From a virus: a stretch of DNA of 35,647 nucleotides. The position numbers were made by a program, and so were the translations under genes. Under the pieces are notes generated by a model. It had not been told where the DNA came from and searched no databases. It saw only the letters and a list, made by a program, of their open reading frames with translations. The stretch spans positions 1 to 35,647 of the IMG/VR virus record IMGVR_UViG_3300045988_088582. One strand, written 5' to 3'. Shown here one piece after another: positions 7,300 to 15,770 of the stretch; position 1 is the first letter of the stretch; the number at the start of each line of letters is the position of its first letter.

Positions 7300-8588
7300 C
7301 CATCACGGCCCTTGAGGCCGAAAACGTCAAGCGCATCAAAGCAGTTGCGCTCACCCCTGCCCCCACTGGGCTCACCCTCGTGGGCGGCAATAACAATCAG
7401 GGCAAGACCAGTGTGCTGGATGCCCTTGCCTGGGCCCTGGGCGGCGACCGCTTCCGCCCCAATGCCGCACAGCGGGACGGGGCCGTGGCTCCCGCCCATC
7501 TCAAGGTCACCCTTTCCAACGGCGTGATCGTGGAGCGCAAGGGCAAAAACAGCACCCTGACCGTTACCGACCCCACCGGGCGGCGCAGCGGCCAGCAGCT
7601 GCTCAATGCCTTTATCGAGCCGCTGGCCCTTGATCTGCCCCGCTTCATGGAAGCATCCGACAAGGAGAAAGCGGACATCCTGCTGCGCATCATCGGCATC
7701 GGCACCGAGCTGCACGTCCGGGATCTGGAGATCAAGTCCCTGTATGACAAGCGCACCTTCACCGGCCAGCTGGCCCAGCAGAAAAAGCACTTTGCCGAGG
7801 AGCTGATCTACTACCCGGAAGCCCCGGAGGAACCTGTCAGCGCCTCCGACCTCATCCACCAGCAGCAGGAGATCCTCGCCCGCAACGGCGAGAACCAGCG
7901 CAAGCGCAATCAATTAGTTCAGCTCACAGATTTGCTTGAACGGCAGAAAAAAGTGGTTGCAGACCTTGAATTTCAGTTGAGCACGGAAAAGCAGCGGCTG
8001 ACCACGATGCAGGCCGACGTAAAAATCGCCCAGACCTCTGCCGAGAATCTGCAGGACGAATCCACCGCCGAACTGGAAGCCTCCATCCGGAGCATCGAGG
8101 AGACCAACCAGAAGGTGCGTGCCAATCTGGAAAAGGCCCGTGCCGAGGACGAGGCTGCCCAGTATGCCAGCGACTACGACAAGCTCACCGAAGCCATCAC
8201 TCAGAAGCGGGCCGACCGTATGGCCCTGCTGAACGGTGCTGACCTGCCCCTGCCGGAGCTGAGCGTGGAGGACGGTGCCCTTACTTATAAAGGAAAGCAC
8301 TGGCGGGATATGTCCGGCAGCGATCAGCTGCGGGTGGCTGCCGCCATCGTCCGCCGCCTGAACCCGGACTGCGGTTTTGTACTGCTGGACAAGCTGGAGC
8401 AGATGGACATGACCACCCTGACCGAGTTTGGCCGCTGGCTGGAAGCAGAGCACCTGCAGGCCATCGCCACCCGCGTTTCCACCGGCAGCGAGTGCCAGAT
8501 CATCATCGAAGACGGCATGGTAAAAGATGCCGAGCCGCCTGTCACCGAAAAGCCCCAGCCCAGGAGCTGGACGAAAGGAGCGTTCTAA
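7290..8588 (+). CDS. SMC/RecF/SbcC-like AAA ATPase with a coiled-coil insert
   Basis: Walker A GGNNNQGKTS; a central coiled coil; Walker B-like FVLLDKLEQMD. Sits immediately upstream of the Sak4-like gene. Confidence 0.75.
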   Translation: MSVTITALEAENVKRIKAVALTPAPTGLTLVGGNNNQGKTSVLDALAWALGGDRFRPNAAQRDGAVAPAHLKVTLSNGVIVERKGKNSTLTVTDPTGRRSGQQLLNAFIEPLALDLPRFMEASDKEKADILLRIIGIGTELHVRDLEIKSLYDKRTFTGQLAQQKKHFAEELIYYPEAPEEPVSASDLIHQQQEILARNGENQRKRNQLVQLTDLLERQKKVVADLEFQLSTEKQRLTTMQADVKIAQTSAENLQDESTAELEASIRSIEETNQKVRANLEKARAEDEAAQYASDYDKLTEAITQKRADRMALLNGADLPLPELSVEDGALTYKGKHWRDMSGSDQLRVAAAIVRRLNPDCGFVLLDKLEQMDMTTLTEFGRWLEAEHLQAIATRVSTGSECQIIIEDGMVKDAEPPVTEKPQPRSWTKGAF

Positions 8589-9662
8589 ATGAGCAAGTAT
8601 GCCATCACCGCCGGAGTGCAGGATACCCCGGTCAAAACCGTGCTGTATGGCCCCGAGGGCATCGGCAAGAGCACCTTTGCCTCCCACTTCCCCGACCCGG
8701 TGTTCATCGACACCGAAGGCGGCACAAAGCGGCTGAATGTCAAGCGCCTGCCTCAGCCCACAAGCTGGGCCATGCTGCTGGACGAGGTGGCCGAGGTGCG
8801 CAGGGGGAACATCCCCTGCGGCACGCTGGTCATCGACACCGCCGACTGGGCCGAACGGCTGGCCATTGATGCCGTCTGTGCCAAGGCCAAGGTAGACGGG
8901 CTGGAGGGCTTTGGCTACGGCAAAGGCTACACCTACCTGAAGGAGGAGTTCGGCAAGCTGCTGGACGCGCTGGAAGAGGTGCTGAACACAGGGCACAACG
9001 TTCTGATCCTTGCCCACGCGTCCATCACAAAGTTCGAACAGCCGGATGCGGCGGGCAGCTACGACCGCTGGACCATGAAGACCACCAAGCAGGTGGAGCC
9101 GCTGATTCGGGAGTGGTGCGACATGCTGCTGTTCGTCAACTACCAGACCGTGGTGGAAAAGAGCAGCAGCGCCCCCAACGCAAAAAACAAGGTCACCGGC
9201 GGCCGCCGGGTGATGTACACAGCGCATCACCCCTGCTGGGATGCCAAGAATCGCTTCGGCCTGCCCGACGAGATCCCCTTTGACTACACCGGCATCGCCG
9301 CCTGCATCCCCGGCACCGCATCTGCGCCCGCGCCGAAGCCGAAGCCGGAACCGAGCCCCCAGCCGGAAGTCGACATCCTGCCCACTCCGGCTCCGCAGCC
9401 CCAGACTCCCCGCGAGGAAGTGCCCGAAGCTCTGCTCACACCGGACCTGATCGCGCTGGGCGTGCCGGAAAAGCTGGCCCCCCTGATGAGCGCCAACAAC
9501 GTCACGCCGGAGGAGCTGCAGGCTGTGGTGGGCAAGCGGGGCTATTTCCCCGAGGATATGCCCATCCGGGATTACCCGGCCGATTTCGTAGAGGGCTGTC
9601 TGGTAGCCGCATGGCCCCAGGTGCTGCAGATGGTGCTGGACAGCCGTGACCTGCCGTTTTGA
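8589..9662 (+). CDS. AAA_24 / Sak4-like RecA-family recombination ATPase with a Pro-rich linker and C-terminal domain
   Basis: VLYGPEGIGKSTFASHF (Walker A) and VIDTADWAE (Walker B-like). Synteny with DUF669 and the helicase. Confidence 0.8.
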   Translation: MSKYAITAGVQDTPVKTVLYGPEGIGKSTFASHFPDPVFIDTEGGTKRLNVKRLPQPTSWAMLLDEVAEVRRGNIPCGTLVIDTADWAERLAIDAVCAKAKVDGLEGFGYGKGYTYLKEEFGKLLDALEEVLNTGHNVLILAHASITKFEQPDAAGSYDRWTMKTTKQVEPLIREWCDMLLFVNYQTVVEKSSSAPNAKNKVTGGRRVMYTAHHPCWDAKNRFGLPDEIPFDYTGIAACIPGTASAPAPKPKPEPSPQPEVDILPTPAPQPQTPREEVPEALLTPDLIALGVPEKLAPLMSANNVTPEELQAVVGKRGYFPEDMPIRDYPADFVEGCLVAAWPQVLQMVLDSRDLPF

Positions 9663-9686
9663 TGATTTTGAAAGGAGCTTTTACTT

Positions 9687-10172
9687 ATGAATGAGATGAA
9701 CACCGACCGCGCCCTGAACTGGGACGACGAATTCACCAACGAACAGCAGGAGTTCGTGCTCCTGCCCGAGGGCGATTATGCCTTTGAGGTCACCGGCATG
9801 GAGCGTGCCCGCTTTGAGGGCAGTGCCAAGCTCCCGCCCTGCTCCATGGCAAAGCTGACCCTGAAGATCTTCGGCGGGGCCAAGGGCGATGCCACCGTCA
9901 CCGACCGCCTGTATCTGCACACCAAGACCCAGGGTCTGCTGGGTGCTTTTTTCGAGAGCATCGGCCAGTGCAAGCGCGGTGAGACCTTCCGCCCCCGCTG
10001 GAACGAGGTGGTGGGTGCCCGGGGCTGGTGCCGTCTGGGCATCCGGGAGTACACCAAGCAGAGCGGCCCCAACGCAGGTAAGACCGGCCAGAGCAATGAG
10101 GTCACTCGCTTCCTGCCGCCGCCGGAACCTAAGGCCGCACCCGCTCAGGGCTGGACACAGGGGGCATTCTGA
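9687..10172 (+). CDS. DUF669-family protein (phage SSB-like partner of Sak4)
   Basis: ALNWDDEF..EFVLLPEGDYAFEVTG is typical of the DUF669 N-terminus. Conserved position directly after the AAA_24 gene. Confidence 0.7.
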   Translation: MNEMNTDRALNWDDEFTNEQQEFVLLPEGDYAFEVTGMERARFEGSAKLPPCSMAKLTLKIFGGAKGDATVTDRLYLHTKTQGLLGAFFESIGQCKRGETFRPRWNEVVGARGWCRLGIREYTKQSGPNAGKTGQSNEVTRFLPPPEPKAAPAQGWTQGAF

Positions 10173-11800
10173 TGGCGAACATCCAATCCCTGCGCCCCTA
10201 TCAGCAGGCCGCCCGGGACAGCATCCACGCCCAGTGGGAGCAGGGCCGTCTGCGCACGTTGCTGGTGCTGCCCACCGGAACCGGCAAGACCATCGTATTC
10301 GCCTCCGTTGCCGCTGATCAGGTGCGTGCCGGGGACCGGGTGCTCATCCTGGCCCACCGGGGAGAGCTGCTGGAACAGGCAGCTGACAAGCTCCAGCGTT
10401 CCACCGGCCTTGTCAGCGCCGTGGAAAAGGCAGAGTCCACCTGCCTGAACAGCTGGTTCAGGGTGGTGGTGGGCAGCGTGCAGACCCTGCAGCGCTCCGC
10501 TCGGCTGGAACGCTTTCCCCGGGACTACTTCGGCACCATCATCATTGACGAGGCCCACCACGCCATCACCGACGGCTACCGCCGCATCCTGGACTACTTC
10601 GAGAGTGCAAAGGTGCTGGGTGTGACCGCCACCCCTGACCGCGGCGACATGCGGAATCTGGGCGAGGTGTTCGACAGCCTGGCCTATGAGTACAAGCTGA
10701 CCGATGCCATCAAAGAGGGCTATCTGTGCAAAATCATGGCCCAGACCATTCCCCTGCAGCTGGACATCTCCGAAGTTGGCTTCACCAGCGGCGACTATTC
10801 GCTGGGGCAGCTGGGCACAGCGCTGGACCCATATCTGGAGCAGATCGCCGCTGAGATGGCACAGCGGTGCAAAGGCCGCAAGACGGTGGTGTTCCTTCCC
10901 CTCATCAAAACCAGCCAGAAGTTCCGGGATCTGCTCAATGCCAAGGGGTTCCGGGCCGCCGAGGTCAACGGCCAGAGTGCCGACCGAAAGGAAGTGCTTG
11001 CCGACTTCGATGCCGGGAAGTATAACGTGCTCTGCAATTCCATGCTGCTCACCGAGGGCTGGGACTGCCCCAGTGTGGACTGCGTTGTGGTGCTGCGGCC
11101 CACCAAGGTGCGCAGCCTGTACAGCCAGATGGTGGGGCGCGGCACACGTCTGGCCGAGGGCAAGACCGACCTGCTGCTCCTCGACTTTTTGTGGATGACC
11201 GACAAGCATGAGCTCTGCCGCCCGGCAGACCTTGTGTGCGAGGACAGGGCCGTGGCCCGTCAGATGACCGAAAACCTTGCCGGGACCGGCTGTCCTGAGG
11301 ACATCGAGGAAGCCGCCGCCCAGGCCAGCGAGGACGTGGTGGCCCAGAGAGAGGAAGCCCTTGCAAAGCAGCTGGCTGAACAGCGCCGGAAGAAGGCAAA
11401 GCTGGTGGACCCGCTCCAATACGAAATGAGCATTCAGGCCGAGGACCTGTCCGGCTATGTACCGGCTTTTGGATGGGAAGCCGGACCGCCCACCGAACAG
11501 CAGACCGCAGCCCTCGAAAAGCTGGGCATTCTGCCGGATGCGGTGGAGTCGGCAGGCAAGGCCAGCCTTTTGCTGGACCGGCTGCACAAGCGCCGGGATG
11601 AAGGCCTCACCACACCTAAACAGATCCGCTGTCTGGAGAAATACGGCTTCCAGCATGTGGGTACATGGAGTTTTGAGCAGGCCAAACACATGATCGACCG
11701 CATTGCGGCCCAGGGCTGGCGGAGCGTGCCCAAGGGTGTTACCCCAAGCACCTATACGCCGCCCACCCCACCTGAAACGCCCGCATGGGATGTATGGTAA
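10172..11800 (+). CDS. SF2 DEAD/DEAH-box DNA helicase
   Basis: LRPYQQAA..LPTGTGKT (motif I), IIIDEAHHA (motif II), VTATPDR (motif III), and a helicase-C region MVGRGTR. Confidence 0.9.
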   Translation: MANIQSLRPYQQAARDSIHAQWEQGRLRTLLVLPTGTGKTIVFASVAADQVRAGDRVLILAHRGELLEQAADKLQRSTGLVSAVEKAESTCLNSWFRVVVGSVQTLQRSARLERFPRDYFGTIIIDEAHHAITDGYRRILDYFESAKVLGVTATPDRGDMRNLGEVFDSLAYEYKLTDAIKEGYLCKIMAQTIPLQLDISEVGFTSGDYSLGQLGTALDPYLEQIAAEMAQRCKGRKTVVFLPLIKTSQKFRDLLNAKGFRAAEVNGQSADRKEVLADFDAGKYNVLCNSMLLTEGWDCPSVDCVVVLRPTKVRSLYSQMVGRGTRLAEGKTDLLLLDFLWMTDKHELCRPADLVCEDRAVARQMTENLAGTGCPEDIEEAAAQASEDVVAQREEALAKQLAEQRRKKAKLVDPLQYEMSIQAEDLSGYVPAFGWEAGPPTEQQTAALEKLGILPDAVESAGKASLLLDRLHKRRDEGLTTPKQIRCLEKYGFQHVGTWSFEQAKHMIDRIAAQGWRSVPKGVTPSTYTPPTPPETPAWDVW

Positions 11801-14034
11801 CGCAGATGAATGATGAGATCGAACTCAAAGAAGCATTGGACTTCATTTCCCCGGCCTCCCTGACTTATGAGGAATGGACGATGGTGGGCATGGGCCTCAA
11901 GGAAGCGGGCCTGCCCGTCACCGTCTGGGAAGCATGGAGCGCCCGGGACGGGGGCCGCTACCACAAGGGTGAGTGTGCCCGGAAGTGGGAGAGCTTTCAC
12001 GGCAGCACAAAGCCTGTCACCGAGAGCAGCATTTTCCAGCTGGCCTACAGCCACGGATGGAGCGGCCCCGCAGGACACGCGCTGGACTGGGGCGACGAGC
12101 TCACCACCGGCTCCTCCAGAACGGAGGGGCAGCTGGTGGACCCCCGGTGGGTGGAATCCCACGATCTGGCTCTGCCTGAGCAGTGGGACCCAGTTGACCA
12201 GCTCAGGCGCTACCTGCAGGCCCTCTTTGAGCAGGACGAGCACGTGGCCTATGTGACCGAGAGCTTCATGGCCGACGACCGCCGCCGCCCCACCAGAGGC
12301 TGCTGGGACCGCACCGCAGGCCAGCTCATCGCAGAGCTGGACACCTGCGGCGGGGACATCGGCAAGGTGGTGGGCGACTGCGACCCCGAGGTGGGCGCGT
12401 GGATCTGCTTCAACCCGGTGGACGGAACGGGCCGCAAGGATGCCAATATCACCGCCTACCGCTACGCTCTGGTGGAATGCGACAACATGGATCTGGGCAG
12501 GCAGCAGGCCATCATCAAACAGCTGGAGCTGCCCTGTGCCGCCCTGGTCTACTCCGGCGGCAAGAGCGTCCACGCCATCGTCAAGGTGGATGCCCCGGAT
12601 TACACCGAATACCGCAAGCGGGTGGATTACCTCTATGCCGCCTGCCAGAAGAATGGTCTGACCCTCGACCAGCAGAACCGCAACCCCAGCCGCCTTTCCC
12701 GGATGCCCGGCATCCTGCGCGGCAGTCAGCGGCAGACCCTGCTGGAGACCAACATCGGCAAAAGCTGCTGGGACGAGTGGCGGGACTGGCTGGAAGCCGA
12801 GACCGATGAGCTGCCTGAAACCGAAAGTCTGGCTGACGACTGGGACGACCTGCCGCCGCTGGCCGATGCCCTCATCACCGGGGTACTGCGCAAGGGTCAC
12901 AAGATGCTGCTGGCAGGCCCCAGCAAGGCGGGCAAGAGCTTCGCCCTCATTGAGCTGTGCATTGCCATTGCCGAGGGCACGCCCTGGCTGGGCCGCTTTT
13001 CCTGTGCCCAGGGCAAAGTGCTGTACATCAACCTCGAGCTGGACCGGGCCTCCTGCCTGCACCGCTTCAAGGATGTGTATACTGCCCTCGGCCTGCCCCC
13101 GCAGAACCTGCGGAACATTGACATCTGGAACCTGCGCGGTGCTTCCGTCCCCATGGACAAGCTGGCCCCCAAGCTCATCCGCCGGGCGGGTAAGAAAGGC
13201 TACACCGCCGTCATCCTCGACCCCATCTACAAGGTCATCACCGGCGACGAGAACAGCGCCGACCAGATGGCAAAGTTCTGCAACCAGTTCGACCTTGTCT
13301 GCCGTGCGCTGGACTGTGCCGTGATCTACTGCCACCACCACTCCAAGGGTGCCCAGGGCGGCAAGCGCAGCATGGACCGCGCCAGCGGCTCCGGCGTGTT
13401 TGCCCGTGACCCGGATGCCATGCTGGATATGACAGAGCTCACCCCCACCGATGCCATCTTGGAACAGCTCCACAACAAGGCCGCCTGCCGGGTGCTCAAG
13501 GCCATGCTGGACAAGCGCAGCCATGCCGATGCCTACGGCCCGGACGATGCCCTGAGCAAAAGCCGGATGCTGGCCATAGCCAAAGAACACCTTGGCATGG
13601 CCGACTTGCGGGCCATCGATGCCCAGATCGCAGCCGCCCAGAAAAAAGCCGACAGCATGACCGCCTGGCGCATTGAGGGCACCCTGCGCGAGTTTGCACG
13701 CTTCGACCCGGTGAACCTCTGGTTCGACTACCCTGTCCACAAGCCGGACACCGGCCTGCTGGAGGATCTGCAGCCGGACAGCGATTACAAGTCACTGGGT
13801 ACCCGGGGCGCATCCAAGCGCTGGGGCAATAAGGACAAAGTCAGCAAGGACAAAAAGGCCGAGCTGGACACTGCCTTTGAAGCCTGCATGATGGACGGAA
13901 AGGTAACGGTCTACTCCATGGCCGAATATATGGGGCTGAAACCGGATACCGTACGCCGTCGTTTGAAAGCGGACGGCGGCTTCTGGATCGACGGCGCAGA
14001 CATCGGCCGCAAAGAACCCGGCAGCGCAGGATAA
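11785..14034 (+). CDS. Primase-helicase: PriCT_2-like N-terminus, primase core, AAA_25/RepA-DnaB-like ATPase
   Basis: YEEWTMVGMGLK..WEAWS is PriCT_2-like. LLAGPSKAGKSFALIELCIAIA is a Walker A; VILDPIYK is a Walker B. The start is uncertain: ATG at 11785, 11794 or 11806, none with a good RBS. Confidence 0.8.
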   Translation: MGCMVTQMNDEIELKEALDFISPASLTYEEWTMVGMGLKEAGLPVTVWEAWSARDGGRYHKGECARKWESFHGSTKPVTESSIFQLAYSHGWSGPAGHALDWGDELTTGSSRTEGQLVDPRWVESHDLALPEQWDPVDQLRRYLQALFEQDEHVAYVTESFMADDRRRPTRGCWDRTAGQLIAELDTCGGDIGKVVGDCDPEVGAWICFNPVDGTGRKDANITAYRYALVECDNMDLGRQQAIIKQLELPCAALVYSGGKSVHAIVKVDAPDYTEYRKRVDYLYAACQKNGLTLDQQNRNPSRLSRMPGILRGSQRQTLLETNIGKSCWDEWRDWLEAETDELPETESLADDWDDLPPLADALITGVLRKGHKMLLAGPSKAGKSFALIELCIAIAEGTPWLGRFSCAQGKVLYINLELDRASCLHRFKDVYTALGLPPQNLRNIDIWNLRGASVPMDKLAPKLIRRAGKKGYTAVILDPIYKVITGDENSADQMAKFCNQFDLVCRALDCAVIYCHHHSKGAQGGKRSMDRASGSGVFARDPDAMLDMTELTPTDAILEQLHNKAACRVLKAMLDKRSHADAYGPDDALSKSRMLAIAKEHLGMADLRAIDAQIAAAQKKADSMTAWRIEGTLREFARFDPVNLWFDYPVHKPDTGLLEDLQPDSDYKSLGTRGASKRWGNKDKVSKDKKAELDTAFEACMMDGKVTVYSMAEYMGLKPDTVRRRLKADGGFWIDGADIGRKEPGSAG

Positions 14035-14079
14035 ATTACAGTCTGCAATATTTCGCTTTACGCATAGTACAAAAACGGT

Positions 14080-14168
14080 AAAATAGCGGCTATCACAAAT
14101 CCGCATCCGCTTACGGATTTCGGAAAATAGCGGCTATTTTTCCGAATCCGGGACGGAAAATAGCCTAT
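14080..14168. repeat. Iteron-like direct repeats (putative phage replication origin)
   Basis: AAAATAGCGGCTAT at 14080-14093 and 14124-14137; AAAATAGCCTAT at 14157-14168. Start-to-start spacings are 44 and 33 bp. Interleaved 7-bp inverted repeats and an AT-rich tract at 14164-14183. Confidence 0.5.
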
Positions 14169-14300
14169 ATATAATATACAAAATCCGTCCGTGTGTGATG
14201 GGGTCTCCCAGAGGATGGGGCGAACACAGCCCCCATCCCTCCGGGGAACCCTCCCCATCACGTTGGCCGAACAAAAAAGAAAGAACGAGGTGAAACGAAC

Positions 14301-14726
14301 GTGCAATTTTTGCCCATTGCTCAATTCTTCCTGCCCATGAAGCCGCCCACCACCACCCACAACGCCAAGGAGCTGCACGCCTACATGAAGGGCGGCAAGC
14401 CCTGTGCCGTGCTCCACGACAGCGCCGAACTGAAAGCCGCCCGCTCCAAGCTCCACGCCTACCTGGCACCCCATGCGCCGGATCAGCCCGTGCCCGCCGG
14501 GAAGCCAGTGCGGCTGGTGGTCAAGTGGTGCTTTGCCCCCGAGGGCCGCCCGGACGGCAGCTGGCGCACCTCCAAACCTGACACCGACAATCTGGAAAAG
14601 GCCCTCAAGGACGAGATGACCCGCCTGCACTTCTGGCACGATGATGCCCAGGTGTGCAGCGAGATCGTGGAGAAGTTCTGGTCGGACCCCTGCGGTGTGT
14701 TCGTGCGTGTGGAGGTGTGGGGATGA
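14301..14726 (+). CDS. rusA: RusA-family Holliday junction resolvase
   Basis: KPDTDNLEKALKDEM...HDDAQV is the RusA signature. GTG at 14301 follows GAGGTG with an 8-nt spacer; ATG at 14337 is an alternative start. Confidence 0.85.
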   Translation: MQFLPIAQFFLPMKPPTTTHNAKELHAYMKGGKPCAVLHDSAELKAARSKLHAYLAPHAPDQPVPAGKPVRLVVKWCFAPEGRPDGSWRTSKPDTDNLEKALKDEMTRLHFWHDDAQVCSEIVEKFWSDPCGVFVRVEVWG

Positions 14727-15136
14727 CCTACGAAGAGAAGAAGGCCTGGTTGAGAAGGTATCAGCAAGCGAAGCGGCTCGAACAGCTGCGGCTGGATGAG
14801 CTGGACACGCTGAAGACAGACGCTTCCAACATGACCCAGTGCCTTTCCGCTGTGCCGGGCGGCGGAGGAGACGGCCAAACATTGCCCCGTGCAGTAGAAC
14901 GCATCGACGAAGCCCGGGGCGCTTACAAAGCCCAGTGTGAGGAAAGCACCCGCATTCGCAAAGAAATCATCTTTGCGCTACAGCAGCTGGATGATGAGCT
15001 TGACTTCACGATTCTGTACCGGAGATATATCTGTGGGCACAAGTGGGAGCTGATCGCTGACCGGCTCTCCCTCGATGTCAGTTGGGTCCTCCGACGACAC
15101 AAAAAAGCGGTGCAACTTCTGGACACAGACCCATGA
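14723..15136 (+). CDS. Sigma-70 region-4-like late transcription regulator (DUF1492/RinA/ArpU type)
   Basis: ILYRRYICGHKWELIADRLSLDVSWVLRRHKKAVQLL resembles a sigma region 4 HTH. Located just upstream of the packaging genes. ATGA overlap with rusA. Confidence 0.65.
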   Translation: MTYEEKKAWLRRYQQAKRLEQLRLDELDTLKTDASNMTQCLSAVPGGGGDGQTLPRAVERIDEARGAYKAQCEESTRIRKEIIFALQQLDDELDFTILYRRYICGHKWELIADRLSLDVSWVLRRHKKAVQLLDTDP

Positions 15137-15162
15137 CGCACTAAAAAGCACTAGTTCAAGTG

Positions 15163-15171
15163 TGCTATACT
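15163..15171 (+). promoter_or_regulatory. Extended -10 element (TGcTATACT) of a candidate late promoter
   Basis: TGCTATACT at 15163-15171. No recognisable -35 at 17 bp, which would fit activator-dependent or sigma-like control. Confidence 0.4.
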
Positions 15172-15321
15172 CTATGCTGCAAAGCCCAGCAGGAAAGGCA
15201 TCCTTACTCCCTTCGTGCTGGCGGCCCGACCGGAGGTTTGTTTTCCTCCTCTTGATACGGTTTTCTCCTTTTGCTGCTTAACAGCTTTTTTGCACCGGCC
15301 GGGCTTTTCCTGATTACAACT

Positions 15322-15355
15322 GCCGTTCTGAGCATCCGCTCAGGGCGGCTTTTTT
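15322..15355 (+). terminator. Intrinsic terminator in the leader upstream of terS
   Basis: GCCGTTCTGAGC (15322-15333), loop ATCC, GCTCAGGGCGGC (15338-15349), giving 12 bp including 2 G-U pairs, followed by TTTTTT. Confidence 0.7.
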
Positions 15356-15383
15356 GTACCCTGACGACGAGAGAGGTGGTGAC

Positions 15384-15770
15384 GTGTCGAATGAAAAGAA
15401 TCTCATTCCGTTCAATGAACGAACGGAGAGCGAACAGAGAGAGATTGCCCAGAAGGGCGGTATTGCATCCGGTGCGGCCCGCCGCCGCAAACGGTCCATG
15501 CGTCAGGCGGCCGACTACTACCTGAGCCTGCCGGAGACCGACCGCCGCCGGGTGAACGCCATGCTCCGGGACCAGATTGACCCGGAGGACGTGGACAACC
15601 AGATGAGCGTGGTCATGGGCATTGCAGAGCAGGCCAAGCGGGGCAACCCTCAGGCCGCCGCCGTGCTGCTGAAGATGCTGGGGGAGGAAGCCGTGCAGGA
15701 GGACCCGGGTGCGGATGCTCTGGCAAAGGCCAAGGAGCTGCTGGGAGGTGTGGACAGTGCCATTGACTGA
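15384..15770 (+). CDS. terS: Terminase small subunit (putative)
   Basis: Position directly upstream of and overlapping terL. Basic N-terminus NLIPFNERTESEQREIAQKGGIASGAARRRKRS. GTG at 15384 follows GAGGTGG. Confidence 0.6.
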   Translation: MSNEKNLIPFNERTESEQREIAQKGGIASGAARRRKRSMRQAADYYLSLPETDRRRVNAMLRDQIDPEDVDNQMSVVMGIAEQAKRGNPQAAAVLLKMLGEEAVQEDPGADALAKAKELLGGVDSAID

